From contig JAZLIA010000110.1 in NCBI GenBank assembly GCA_045617125.1, positions 1 through 20,932 of the forward strand: DNA of 20,932 nt, written 5' to 3'. The translations under genes and the position numbers were made by a program. The notes beneath the pieces were generated by a model that had not been told where the DNA came from, ran no database searches, and was given only the letters and a program-made list of their open reading frames with translations. Shown here in pieces: positions 7,640-16,068 of the stretch. Origin of the DNA: Clostridia bacterium. GTDB taxonomy: Bacteria > Bacillota > Clostridia > Christensenellales > Aristaeellaceae. The stretch's first letter is position 1. Each line of letters starts with the position of its first letter.

Positions 7640-8689
7640 TCAGAGGGTATTTACCAGATTGTAGAGCTTTTGGTTGAAACGGGGCTTTACAGAAAGCGCT
7701 TTATCAATGTCCATTGCGAAGGTGCGGCCGTTCTTCACACCGATCACCTGGTTGCCGAGGCCATCCTTCAGCAGATTCACGGCCATAGCGCCTGCTTCGA
7801 AAGCAAAGGAGCTGTCTCTGGCAGTTGGCGTTGCACCGCGCTGTACGTAGCCGATCACGGTGTCTCGCACTTCCACCATGCCGCATTTGCGCTTGAGTAT
7901 GCTGGCCAGACGGTTGCTAGTCATCGGCTCGTTTTCCCACACCTGCTTGCCGTAGGGAAGCAGGAATTTATATACATCGAAGGGAGCCATGGAATCCCAG
8001 CAGCCTTCAGCCACAACGATGGTGGCACGGGTGTTTCCAATGGAGATCAGCTTGTTGAGACGATCTGCCACCTTATCCACACTCCACTTCATTTCCGGAA
8101 CCACCACGATCTCGGCTCCGGTGGAAACTGCCGTGGTGAGTGCAATATCACCGCAGTGACGGCCCATCACTTCCACTACGTGGGGACGGTCGTGAGAACG
8201 GGAAGTGGCACGGATCGAACGCACGGCATCGACGCATACGTTCACCGCGGTGTCGTAGCCCAGGGTCATTTCCGTATAGGAAAGATCGTTATCAATGGTT
8301 CCCGGAATACCGACGCAGGGAATTCCCAACTCACAAAGCCGCAGGGCGCCATGGAAGCTTCCGTCCCCGCCAATGACCACCAGGCCCTTGACGTCAAGCT
8401 GACGGAGTGTTTTGGCCGCCACGGCACGCATTTCCGGGTCGAGAAACTCGCGGCAGCGCGCGGTGCGGAGATAGGTTCCGGGAAGATCCGCTATATCGAG
8501 CAGAGTATCAAGGTTGAGATGGGTGAAATCATCTTCCGGATTTTCACTGCGGCCGAGCAGACCGTTATCCCCTTGCTTGATTCCGATCAGGTTCATTCCG
8601 TAATAAGCCGCGTTTCTCGCGACTGAAAGAACCGCAGCGTTCATTCCGGGACTGTCTCCGCCGCTGGTCAGGACTGCGATATTGGACAT
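7640..8689 (-). CDS. pfkA: ATP-dependent 6-phosphofructokinase
   Basis: Motifs MSNIAVLTSGGDSPGMNAAV, IGGDGS, PGTIDNDL and MGRHCGDIAL. The 407-aa ORF is trimmed to ATG 8689, which has AAGGAG (complement of 8697-8702) 7 nt upstream. The upstream 58 codons show no PFK similarity. Confidence 0.92.
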   Translation of the reverse strand: MSNIAVLTSGGDSPGMNAAVLSVARNAAYYGMNLIGIKQGDNGLLGRSENPEDDFTHLNLDTLLDIADLPGTYLRTARCREFLDPEMRAVAAKTLRQLDVKGLVVIGGDGSFHGALRLCELGIPCVGIPGTIDNDLSYTEMTLGYDTAVNVCVDAVRSIRATSRSHDRPHVVEVMGRHCGDIALTTAVSTGAEIVVVPEMKWSVDKVADRLNKLISIGNTRATIVVAEGCWDSMAPFDVYKFLLPYGKQVWENEPMTSNRLASILKRKCGMVEVRDTVIGYVQRGATPTARDSSFAFEAGAMAVNLLKDGLGNQVIGVKNGRTFAMDIDKALSVKPRFNQKLYNLVNTL

Positions 8690-8750
8690 CTTGATACTCC
8701 TTGATTTCTGTGTGACACACAGGATATTTGCGCTGATGCGCACAGACGAC

Positions 8751-8759
8751 ATTATAGCA
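8751..8759 (-). promoter_or_regulatory. Extended -10 promoter element for pfkA
   Basis: Minus strand reads TGcTATAAT (complement of 8751-8759), about 60 nt upstream of the start. No good -35 element is present. Confidence 0.5.
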
Positions 8760-8891
8760 TAACCCTTTGGGAATATCCATACCCTGGAAGGATTTATTCG
8801 GCAGGATTTCCCGGAATGAAAACACAGGTTTATGATGACTGGCTGTGAAGAAGCTCCCTGCAAGTAACTGTGGGAAAAGGTTTTAGACGTT

Positions 8892-9863
8892 TCAGTTTTC
8901 CCTGTCAGCGGGCTCTGAAAGGATCAGAATGTCGTTCACCTTTCTTCCGTTTTTGTAAGGGTCGGTGATGATACGGTCCAGATACCACATGGCACTGCTT
9001 TGCCCGCCGTCCAGATTGTATGCGAGAGTGCAGCCCAGCTCCTGCATGAATGCGGCGGCAACTTCGAGCCGGAGCCCGCGGGATTTTGTCTGTCTTCCGT
9101 CCACCACGACCAGACAGTAATGCCCCGGTTCATAATAGCCGAGGATCGTGCGCGGATTATAAGGGTTCACATCGGTTTTTTTGCTGAGTACGCTGTTGGG
9201 ATAAGCTTCTCCGTTTTCATCGATCAGGCTGGGACCAAACAGAAAACATTGCCATACGTCGTTTTCCGTAAACAATCCTTTTTCGATCATTTGGGTGTAG
9301 GTGTATTGCGTTCCGTAGGGAAGGATACGCATGCTGCCGTCTCTCATGATCAGGCACATGTCTCTTTTCTGATTGCGGGTTTTCCTTTTTACCGTGCCGT
9401 TTGAGATCACAACGCCCTGGCTGAGCTCACTGGCATAGTCTCCGTTTACAGCCAGTATGGCTCCGTTTGCGCGGGCCATATCCGCGATCCTGGCGGAGGT
9501 GTTGCCGAATTTACCGGAGGCGTAGATTCTGGAAAGACAGGAAAGGTCCCGAAGGTAAAAATCGGCGACAGTATATGTTGCTGAGGAGTGATACACTGTT
9601 TTCTTGACCGTGGAATCTGCTTCATACCGCCCTTTTGTGAGGGTGATATACAGGTTTTCACTCTGATAGCTGTTTTCTGTAATGATGGGTTCGCTTCCTG
9701 CCGGCAGGAAAAGATCTTCTTCGCCTTCTTTTATTCTGTAAAGAGAGGGACGCCCGTCCGGCAGAGAAAATTCTTTTTCTGCAAGGTTTTCTTCAGCAGA
9801 TGCCTGAGTCAGCAGAAGAAGCAGTGCAAGGAACAGACTCCCCATTTTCTTTTTCAAGTTCAT
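8892..9863 (-). CDS. Secreted phosphodiester glycosidase family (NAGPA/DUF2233-like) protein
   Basis: Signal peptide MNLKKKMGSLFLALLLLLTQASA. Family-typical motifs are ILAVNGDY, RTILGYYEPGHYCLVVVDGRQ and AYNLDGGQSSAMW. GGAGG lies 11 nt upstream of ATG 9863. Confidence 0.8.
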   Translation of the reverse strand: MNLKKKMGSLFLALLLLLTQASAEENLAEKEFSLPDGRPSLYRIKEGEEDLFLPAGSEPIITENSYQSENLYITLTKGRYEADSTVKKTVYHSSATYTVADFYLRDLSCLSRIYASGKFGNTSARIADMARANGAILAVNGDYASELSQGVVISNGTVKRKTRNQKRDMCLIMRDGSMRILPYGTQYTYTQMIEKGLFTENDVWQCFLFGPSLIDENGEAYPNSVLSKKTDVNPYNPRTILGYYEPGHYCLVVVDGRQTKSRGLRLEVAAAFMQELGCTLAYNLDGGQSSAMWYLDRIITDPYKNGRKVNDILILSEPADREN

Positions 9864-10455
9864 GCTTCAGATAGCCTCCAAGTATTTTGACGATTCGGGC
9901 ATTCTTCCCACCGCAATTGACCACTACATCGGCATCGTTGATATAATGCTGTATGTATTTTTCAAACATGGGCTTTACCGTTGCAAGATACTGCGAGCCA
10001 ATGGAATCGATATCCCGTCCGCGGGCTTTGATATCACGCGAGATCCTTCGGAGAAGACATTCATCCGGATCCACCTTGATGAACATTTTAAGGAACATCA
10101 TGTCACACAGGTGTTTGTCATAAAAGCAGTGGATCCCTTCCACGATGATCACCGGGGCAGGATGAATGAGTTCTTTCGTGTCAGAACGGCGATGGGTGGA
10201 AAAGTCATAGCCCTTCCGGTAGATCGGGATCCCGTTCATCAGGGAGATCACATCATTGTAAAGCAGCTCATGGTCGAAAATGAAAGGCTCGTCATAGTTG
10301 AGACGGCATCTTTCCTCGAAGGACAGGTCCGGATGATCAAGATAATAAGTATCCTGATTGATCACGACCGCTTTTTCACCGATTTCGTTTACCAGTTCCC
10401 GTGCGAGCGTTGTTTTTCCGGAGCCGCTGGCTCCGCATATTCCGAGCAGGATCAT
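9793..10455 (-). CDS. udk: Uridine kinase
   Basis: P-loop ICGASGSGKTTLA, then VINQDTYY and VIIVEGI. AAGGAGG lies 6 nt upstream of ATG 10455. The 3' end overlaps the next gene by 71 nt. Confidence 0.9.
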   Translation of the reverse strand: MILLGICGASGSGKTTLARELVNEIGEKAVVINQDTYYLDHPDLSFEERCRLNYDEPFIFDHELLYNDVISLMNGIPIYRKGYDFSTHRRSDTKELIHPAPVIIVEGIHCFYDKHLCDMMFLKMFIKVDPDECLLRRISRDIKARGRDIDSIGSQYLATVKPMFEKYIQHYINDADVVVNCGGKNARIVKILGGYLKHELEKENGESVPCTASSADSGIC

Positions 10456-10496
10456 GAAATGCCTCCTTGATGAAATGATCTGGGGTATACATCAGT

Positions 10497-12194
10497 CTAT
10501 GGGATATAAAGCCCTTTCTGGTTTGTGTAGGTTACGAAACCGCGGGGACTGCCGGGAACCTTGCGAACATATTTCCGGTCGGTATAATCGACCTGCACTC
10601 CGCCTCCGTGAGAGGATGAATATTTTGCCGCGAGATTTGCGGCAAACAGAATATCCTCCTCAGTGATGGCCCGGTCTTCCCGGCGAAGCAGTACATGGCT
10701 GCCCGGAATATTCTTTACGTGCAGCCAGATGTCGCCGCTTTTTCCTGAGGCGGTGATACGTTCGTTCTGCACGCTGTTTTTTCCTACCAGCACAGTGTGA
10801 CCGGAAGGGGATATGAAGGAAAGCGGTTTACTTTCCGGCTGCTTTTTTCGGGGTGCGTTTTTTTCACGGCGGATGTAGCCTTCTTCGGTCAGCAGCAGAC
10901 GAATATCACGCAGATCATCGTCACTTTCGCTTTTTTCCAGGTCGGAAGCGGCATTTTCAAGCAATTCGATGGAACACATGGTCTGTGAGATCTGTGTGGC
11001 CGCGGTTTGTGCGGCTGTCTTGGCTTTCCGGTATTTCTTGAAATATCTCTGAGCATTCTGAGCGGGGGTAAGGGTCCTGTCCAGGGGGATCAGGAGGGTT
11101 CCTCCTTCTTCGGAATAAAGATCAGGAAGGGCCACGCTATCCTGTCCGCGGGGCACCAGATACAATTGTGCATTGAGCAGCTCTCCGAAAATGCGCCAGC
11201 TTTCCGCCTTCTGGCTGAAAGCCTCCTCTTCCCGCTGAAGCGCCAGCTTCTTTTCTTCTCTTTCCAGCGCTGTGCGGATGATGCGCCTGAGAGAAAGCGC
11301 TTTCTGACGGATCCGGTCCTGCCTGTCCCGTCCGGAATATACCCGGTCCATCGCCTCGCTGAGGGTGGAGAAGGGCTGCTGGAGGGCAGGATCCACCGTC
11401 AGGTATTCAAAAGGAAGAATGTCGCTGTATTCACCTGCTGGATTTTTGACAGCCCGGGGGGAGGGAGCAAGGCGGAGCCTTTGCAGAAGATCAAAAAGCC
11501 GGGCGGACTGATCGAAAGTGAAACAGGAGGCGGGAAGCCCGCTTTCACCCCGCGCAACCCGTTCACACAGCTCATGCGCTGTTTTTTCACTCAGGCCGCG
11601 CAGTGCGCTCCGGATCGCTTTTCCGAGGTTTTCCTCTCTGCAGGAGATCAGGCTGTGCAGTTCCTCTGCAGTGCAGGAATAGGGATCCCGATTATCTTGA
11701 AGCGGAGGCATCACGAATTTGAGACCGGGGAGAGCCTGACGCACCCGGCTCATATCAAAGCTGACATGACGCGCAGCATCCAGGATCATGCCATCCGATA
11801 CCAGGGTGAGATTGCTGTGGTGTCCCATGATCTCTAGCACAAGCTTTCTGGAAACGGTGTCGCCCATTTCATTCAGACACTGGAAGCTGAATATCAGCAC
11901 GCGGTCGCCTTCGTATTGAGAAACCTGTTCCAGCTTTGCCCCGCCCAGGTTTTTGCGCAGAAGCATGCAAAACACGGGAGCGTTAACAGGGTTTACAAAG
12001 AAAGCTTGAGTGATATGGGCCCGCGCAAAAGAGGGAGATGCGCAGAGCAGCAGCTTTTTATTTTTTCCGTCAGCCCGGATGAGAAGCACGATCGTATCCT
12101 TTTCGGGCTGAGTGATCCTGTCTACCCGTCCGCCCGCCAGCTCTCGGTTCAGTTCCATCGCGGCAAAGCCGACGGTAATTCCGTCAAGCGGCAT
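10497..12194 (-). CDS. rqcH: Ribosome quality-control protein RqcH (NFACT / FbpA-family, Rqc2 homologue)
   Basis: N-terminus MPLDGITVGFAAMELNRELAGGRVDRITQP, a coiled-coil middle, and a C-terminal NFACT-R/DUF814 text (VGKNSVQNERIT...DIWLHVKNIPGSHVLL). At 565 aa it matches the family length. AGGAGG lies 7 nt upstream of ATG 12194. The rest of the 1044-aa track ORF is an antisense shadow. Confidence 0.88.
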   Translation of the reverse strand: MPLDGITVGFAAMELNRELAGGRVDRITQPEKDTIVLLIRADGKNKKLLLCASPSFARAHITQAFFVNPVNAPVFCMLLRKNLGGAKLEQVSQYEGDRVLIFSFQCLNEMGDTVSRKLVLEIMGHHSNLTLVSDGMILDAARHVSFDMSRVRQALPGLKFVMPPLQDNRDPYSCTAEELHSLISCREENLGKAIRSALRGLSEKTAHELCERVARGESGLPASCFTFDQSARLFDLLQRLRLAPSPRAVKNPAGEYSDILPFEYLTVDPALQQPFSTLSEAMDRVYSGRDRQDRIRQKALSLRRIIRTALEREEKKLALQREEEAFSQKAESWRIFGELLNAQLYLVPRGQDSVALPDLYSEEGGTLLIPLDRTLTPAQNAQRYFKKYRKAKTAAQTAATQISQTMCSIELLENAASDLEKSESDDDLRDIRLLLTEEGYIRREKNAPRKKQPESKPLSFISPSGHTVLVGKNSVQNERITASGKSGDIWLHVKNIPGSHVLLRREDRAITEEDILFAANLAAKYSSSHGGGVQVDYTDRKYVRKVPGSPRGFVTYTNQKGLYIP

Positions 12195-12216
12195 GTGCAT
12201 CCCTCCTTTCCTGCTC

Positions 12217-12225
12217 ATTTTACCA
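12217..12225 (-). promoter_or_regulatory. Extended -10 promoter element for rqcH
   Basis: Minus strand reads TGgTAAAAT (complement of 12217-12225), about 23 nt upstream of the start. No clear -35 element is present. Confidence 0.4.
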
Positions 12226-12368
12226 TGACCGCGGAAAAAAAGGAACTGTGATTTTTTCCCCGCTTCATGGTCATGACGCACTGCTTGACAATGAGGATAT
12301 AATATTAGGTGAAAAGAGACGGCCGGAATGTTTTCCGGCATGACCGGGAATACTAAATGGAGGAAAAT

Positions 12369-13556
12369 ATGCTGAGGATCGGTCAGTTTTCTGAAACTTT
12401 TTTGCCTGTTGTGGACGGTGTGGGCCGGGTCGTGAATGCGTATGCTGAAACGCTGGCCGGAATGGGACACGAGATCACGGTGGTGGCACCCATGAATGAT
12501 ACCGGTCACCGCGGCAGGCTTCCTTTTGAGATTGTAGATTTTACCGGCTTCAAGGTGCCGAAAATCAGTCAGTACAGAACGGGCGAACCGGTAATGGATC
12601 CGCATTACCGCCGCAGGATGCGTATGATCGATCTGGACATCTGTCATGCACACACTCCCTTCATGGCAGGAACTGAAGCACTCAGGATCGCTGCACAGCG
12701 GAACATTCCGCTGGTTGCGACCTTTCACAGCAAATATTATGATGATTTTCTGAAAACGACCGGTTCCGAGAATCTTGCCAGGATCGGGACCCGGTATGTG
12801 GTGGATTTTTATAACCGATGCGACGAGGTGTGGACCGTGAACGACAACACCGCCGACGTGCTGAGGGGCTACGGTTACGAGGGCCCGATCCGGATCGTGG
12901 AGAACGGGGTGAAGGTATATCGGGTAAAGGATGAGGATATCCGGAAAACGGAGGAACGCTACGGGCTTGGAAAGTATCCGATGCTGTTGTTTGTCGGACA
13001 GATGAACTGGAAAAAGAATATTCTGTGTGTGCTTGAAGCGGCAGCACGGCTGAAGGAGAACGGAAGGCATTTTCGACTGGTTCTGGCCGGAATGGGGCCG
13101 GATGTGAAAGAGATCAGCCGTAAGGTGGCTGAGATGGATCTGGCTGGGTATTGTGTGATGACCGGCCATGTGACGGACCCGGATGTGCTGGGCGCATTGT
13201 ATGCACGGGCTTCGCTGTTTGTGTTTCCCAGCTTGTATGATACCTCCGGCATGGTGGTGCGGGAAGCGGCTGTGATGGGAACTCCTTCGGTGATGGTGCG
13301 CGGCGCTACTGCATCGGATACCATCATGGAGGATGTGAACGGCTTCCTGTGCGAAAACGATCCTGCCGATCTTGCCCGGGTGCTGGATCGTGCCCTCAAC
13401 GATGAAGCACTGCTCAAAGCGATTGGAGAAGAGGCGCAGAAGACGATCCCTGTTTCCTGGGACGCGATCATGGATCAGGTAATGAGGATGTATGAGGACC
13501 TGATCGAGAGGAACCGCATGGGCCTGCTGAATAAAAAAGTGCCGCGCGTACTGTGA
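12369..13556 (+). CDS. GT4-family (group 1) glycosyltransferase, possibly a glycolipid synthase
   Basis: N-terminus MLRIGQFSETFLPVVDGVGRVV is typical of GT4 enzymes. The C-terminal EX7E-type region is FPSLYDTSGMVVREAAVMGTPSV. The start is trimmed to ATG 12369, with GGAGG 5 nt upstream. Confidence 0.85.
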   Translation: MLRIGQFSETFLPVVDGVGRVVNAYAETLAGMGHEITVVAPMNDTGHRGRLPFEIVDFTGFKVPKISQYRTGEPVMDPHYRRRMRMIDLDICHAHTPFMAGTEALRIAAQRNIPLVATFHSKYYDDFLKTTGSENLARIGTRYVVDFYNRCDEVWTVNDNTADVLRGYGYEGPIRIVENGVKVYRVKDEDIRKTEERYGLGKYPMLLFVGQMNWKKNILCVLEAAARLKENGRHFRLVLAGMGPDVKEISRKVAEMDLAGYCVMTGHVTDPDVLGALYARASLFVFPSLYDTSGMVVREAAVMGTPSVMVRGATASDTIMEDVNGFLCENDPADLARVLDRALNDEALLKAIGEEAQKTIPVSWDAIMDQVMRMYEDLIERNRMGLLNKKVPRVL

Positions 13557-13604
13557 AACCAACGTGGCAGGAGAAAACAACCAGTTTTTTAAGAAAATTG
13601 ATAT

Positions 13605-13678
13605 TGTAAAGCAAAACAGCTTGACAAACACATGAAAGCGTGTATAATGGCTTTGGTGTCAAGCTGTTTTGCTTTACA
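13605..13678. repeat. Perfect 22-bp inverted repeat (30-bp spacer) enclosing the ylxM-ffh promoter
   Basis: TGTAAAGCAAAACAGCTTGACA (13605-13626) is the exact reverse complement of TGTCAAGCTGTTTTGCTTTACA (13657-13678). I verified this base by base. Confidence 0.95.
13621..13648 (+). promoter_or_regulatory. Consensus SigA promoter of the ylxM-ffh operon
   Basis: TTGACA (13621-13626), a 16-nt spacer, then TATAAT (13643-13648), about 60 nt upstream of ylxM. Confidence 0.8.
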
Positions 13679-13708
13679 TGAGACACCGGGACGAAAGAGG
13701 CAGAGAGA

Positions 13709-14077
13709 ATGCAGGAAAACACAGTGGAGAGGAAGGCTGAGCTGTGCCTGCTCCGGTCTTTTTACGGGGACATGCTGACGGACAAGGAAAAGTCTGCTGC
13801 AGAGCTCTATCTGGATGAAGATCTGTCTTTGGCCGAGATCGCCGAGGAAATGGGAATCAGCCGACAGGCTGTGCACGATACACTGAACCGCGCTTTTCAG
13901 AAGCTGGATGAGCTTGAGGAAAAGCTTTCTCTCAGGGGACGGTTCGTAAAACAGGAAAAAATGCTGGATACACTGAAAACGATCCTTTCCGGGGTGATAC
14001 CGAAGGAAGGATACGGAGCGGCCTATGAGCAGGCCGTGAAGCTGCTGGATGAGATCATAGCCCTTCATGAGCAGTAA
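13709..14077 (+). CDS. ylxM: YlxM/UPF0122 putative DNA-binding protein (SRP-operon associated)
   Basis: 122 aa with the sigma-70 region-4-like HTH text YGDMLTDKEKSAAELYLDEDLSLAEIAEEMGISRQAVHDTLNRA. It lies immediately upstream of ffh, as in other Firmicutes. Confidence 0.88.
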   Translation: MQENTVERKAELCLLRSFYGDMLTDKEKSAAELYLDEDLSLAEIAEEMGISRQAVHDTLNRAFQKLDELEEKLSLRGRFVKQEKMLDTLKTILSGVIPKEGYGAAYEQAVKLLDEIIALHEQ

Positions 14078-14097
14078 ATGAGGATGAGGAGCAGAAA

Positions 14098-15441
14098 ATG
14101 GCATTTGAGGGATTGACCGAAAAACTTCAAAACGCTTTCAAGAAGATCACGGGTAAAGGAAAGCTGACCGAGCAGAACATCAAGGATGCGATGCGCGAGG
14201 TGCGCATGGCCCTGCTTGAGGCCGATGTCAACTACATGGTCGTGAAGGATTTTACCAAAAAGGTGACCGAAAAATGCGTCGGCACGGAGATCCTTTCCAG
14301 CCTGAATGCCGGTCAGCAGGTGGTCAAGATCGTCAATGACGAGCTGACGGAGCTGATGGGCGGCAGTAATGCGAAGCTGACCTGGTCTTCCTCTGTGCCA
14401 ACCATTTACATGCTGTGCGGTCTGCAGGGCGCCGGTAAAACCACGATGGCCGGAAAGCTATCGGCCTATCTTACCAAACAGGGCAAGAAGCCGCTGCTGG
14501 CGGCCTGCGATATCTACCGCCCTGCTGCCATCAAACAGCTGCAGGTGGTGGGTGAACAGGTTGGCGTGCCGGTGTTTGAAAAAGGCACTCAGGACCCTGT
14601 GAAAACCAGTTTGGAAGCCATTGAGTACGCCCGTTATTATGGGCGGGATGTGCTGATCATCGATACAGCCGGCCGGCTGCATATCGATGAAAAGTTGATG
14701 GAGGAACTGCAGCGGGTCAAAGCGGCTGTGCATCCTCAGGAGATCCTCCTGGTGGTAGACGCGATGACCGGTCAGGATGCCGTGAATGTGGCCAAGAGCT
14801 TTGATGAAAAGCTGAGCATTGACGGCGTGATCATCACCAAGCTGGATGGTGACACCCGCGGCGGCGCTGCCCTGAGCGTGCGGGCTGTGACTGGAAAACC
14901 GATCAAGTTTTCCGGTACCGGCGAAAAGCTTACCGACCTGGAGCCCTTCCATCCGGAGCGCATGGCAAGCAGGATCCTTGGAATGGGCGATGTGCTTACC
15001 CTGATCGAGAAAGCGACCGAGGCTGCCGATATGGAGGCGCTCGAGAAGCTTACCAAGGAAAAGCGCAACCCGGCGGACATGGATCTGAACGATTTTCAGG
15101 AGCAGATGAAGCAGATGAAAAAAATGGGTCCGCTTTCCAATCTGCTGGGGATGCTTCCGGGAATCGGAGCGAAGCTGAAGGATGTGGAAATTGACGAGAA
15201 TGCGCTGAAAAAACCGGAAGCGATCATCTCTTCGATGACCATGAAGGAAAGAAAACATCCCGATATCCTGAATGCGAGCCGACGCAAGCGCATAGCTGCG
15301 GGGGCGGGTGTGACCGTTCAGGATGTGAACCAGCTGATTCGCCAGTTTGATCAGTCCCGGCAGATGATGAAGCAGATGTTGGGAAACAAAAAGGGTATGA
15401 TGCGGCAAATGCGCCACATGAATATACCGGGCATGAAGTAA
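14098..15441 (+). CDS. ffh: Signal recognition particle protein Ffh
   Basis: 447 aa. The SRP54 NG domain shows [14 protein letters not shown] and TKLDGD, and the M domain is Met-rich ([19 protein letters not shown]). GAGGAG lies 6 nt upstream. Confidence 0.97.
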   Translation: MAFEGLTEKLQNAFKKITGKGKLTEQNIKDAMREVRMALLEADVNYMVVKDFTKKVTEKCVGTEILSSLNAGQQVVKIVNDELTELMGGSNAKLTWSSSVPTIYMLCGLQGAGKTTMAGKLSAYLTKQGKKPLLAACDIYRPAAIKQLQVVGEQVGVPVFEKGTQDPVKTSLEAIEYARYYGRDVLIIDTAGRLHIDEKLMEELQRVKAAVHPQEILLVVDAMTGQDAVNVAKSFDEKLSIDGVIITKLDGDTRGGAALSVRAVTGKPIKFSGTGEKLTDLEPFHPERMASRILGMGDVLTLIEKATEAADMEALEKLTKEKRNPADMDLNDFQEQMKQMKKMGPLSNLLGMLPGIGAKLKDVEIDENALKKPEAIISSMTMKERKHPDILNASRRKRIAAGAGVTVQDVNQLIRQFDQSRQMMKQMLGNKKGMMRQMRHMNIPGMK

Positions 15442-15478
15442 ACTGCCCAGAGAAAAGATTTTCAGGAGGAATATCACA

Positions 15479-15724
15479 ATGGTCAAGATCCGTCTCAAGA
15501 GAATGGGTATGAAAAAGCATCCTTTCTATCGTATTGTCGTGGCTGATATCAACAGCCCCCGTGATGGCCGTTTCATCGAAGAGCTGGGTTACTATGATCC
15601 CATGAAGAAGCCCGCCGAGATCAAAATCGACAACGAAAAGGCCGTTCAGTGGATGAAGAACGGTGCGCAGCCCACTGAAACCGTGCGTGTGCTTCTGAAG
15701 AAGTCCGGCGCGATCCAGGGCTGA
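15479..15724 (+). CDS. rpsP: 30S ribosomal protein S16
   Basis: [41 protein letters not shown] is the canonical bS16 N-terminus. AGGAGG RBS is present. Confidence 0.97.
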   Translation: MVKIRLKRMGMKKHPFYRIVVADINSPRDGRFIEELGYYDPMKKPAEIKIDNEKAVQWMKNGAQPTETVRVLLKKSGAIQG

Positions 15725-15738
15725 GGAAAGGGTAACCG

Positions 15739-15966
15739 ATGCAGGAGTTAGTAAAATTCCTGGCACAGTCATTGGTCGAAAATCCCGAGCAGGTGAAAGT
15801 GACCGAAACCGAAGGCCCGGAAGCTGTCATTCTGGAACTGAATGTGGCTCCTGAGGACATGGGTAAGGTAATCGGCAAGCAGGGGCGTATCGCCAAAGCC
15901 ATCCGTACGGTGGTGAAGGCTGCGACTGCCAAAAGTGACAAGCCTGTTTTTGTGGAGATCCAGTAA
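15739..15966 (+). CDS. KH-domain RNA-binding protein (YlqC family)
   Basis: 75 aa with the KH GxxG motif in MGKVIGKQGRIAKAIRTV. It sits in the conserved position between rpsP and rimM. Confidence 0.88.
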   Translation: MQELVKFLAQSLVENPEQVKVTETEGPEAVILELNVAPEDMGKVIGKQGRIAKAIRTVVKAATAKSDKPVFVEIQ

Positions 15967-15979
15967 TTATCTGTGCCTG

Positions 15980-16046
15980 ACGGACGGCTGCAGGACGGAG
16001 GATCGGCAGATACCGGTCAGTCCAGTCCGGAAGCCGTCCGTTTTTA
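15980..16046 (+). terminator. Large stem-loop followed by a T-run between the KH gene and rimM (internal terminator or attenuator)
   Basis: ACGGACGGCT (15980-15989) pairs perfectly with AGCCGTCCGT (16032-16041). An inner GGAC/GTCC helix lies across a 3x3 internal loop, and TTTTTAT follows. The structure sits in the non-coding gap if rimM starts at GTG 16069. Confidence 0.45.
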
Positions 16047-16068
16047 TGTAAAAGGGGGAAAGATCACC

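Noticed and set aside
7640-8863. Full 407-aa pfkA ORF including 58 upstream codons
   Set aside because: The PFK N-terminus (MSNIAVLTSGGDSPGMN) starts at ATG 8689 with AAGGAG upstream. The extra codons cover the promoter and leader.
12285-12303. TTGACA (12285-12290) plus TATAAT (12298-12303) as a consensus promoter for the GT4 gene
   Set aside because: The two hexamers are only 7 nt apart, so they cannot act as a -35/-10 pair. TATAAT may work with a weak ATGACG -35, but I did not annotate it as a confident promoter.
10497-13631. A 1044-aa minus-strand ORF, the longest in the window
   Set aside because: It is a chimera. Only the C-terminal 565 aa (from ATG 12194, with AGGAGG upstream) are RqcH. 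The N-terminal ~480 aa are His/Arg/Pro-rich low-complexity text, an antisense shadow of the plus-strand GT4 gene (12369-13556) and of intergenic DNA.
15973-16068. Upstream-extended RimM start from the ORF track (207 aa)
   Set aside because: The extension (MPDGRLQDGGSADTGQSSPEAVRFYVKGGKIT) is not RimM-like and has no RBS. It would be translated through a 10-bp GC-rich hairpin plus T-run. GTG 16069 gives the normal family length.
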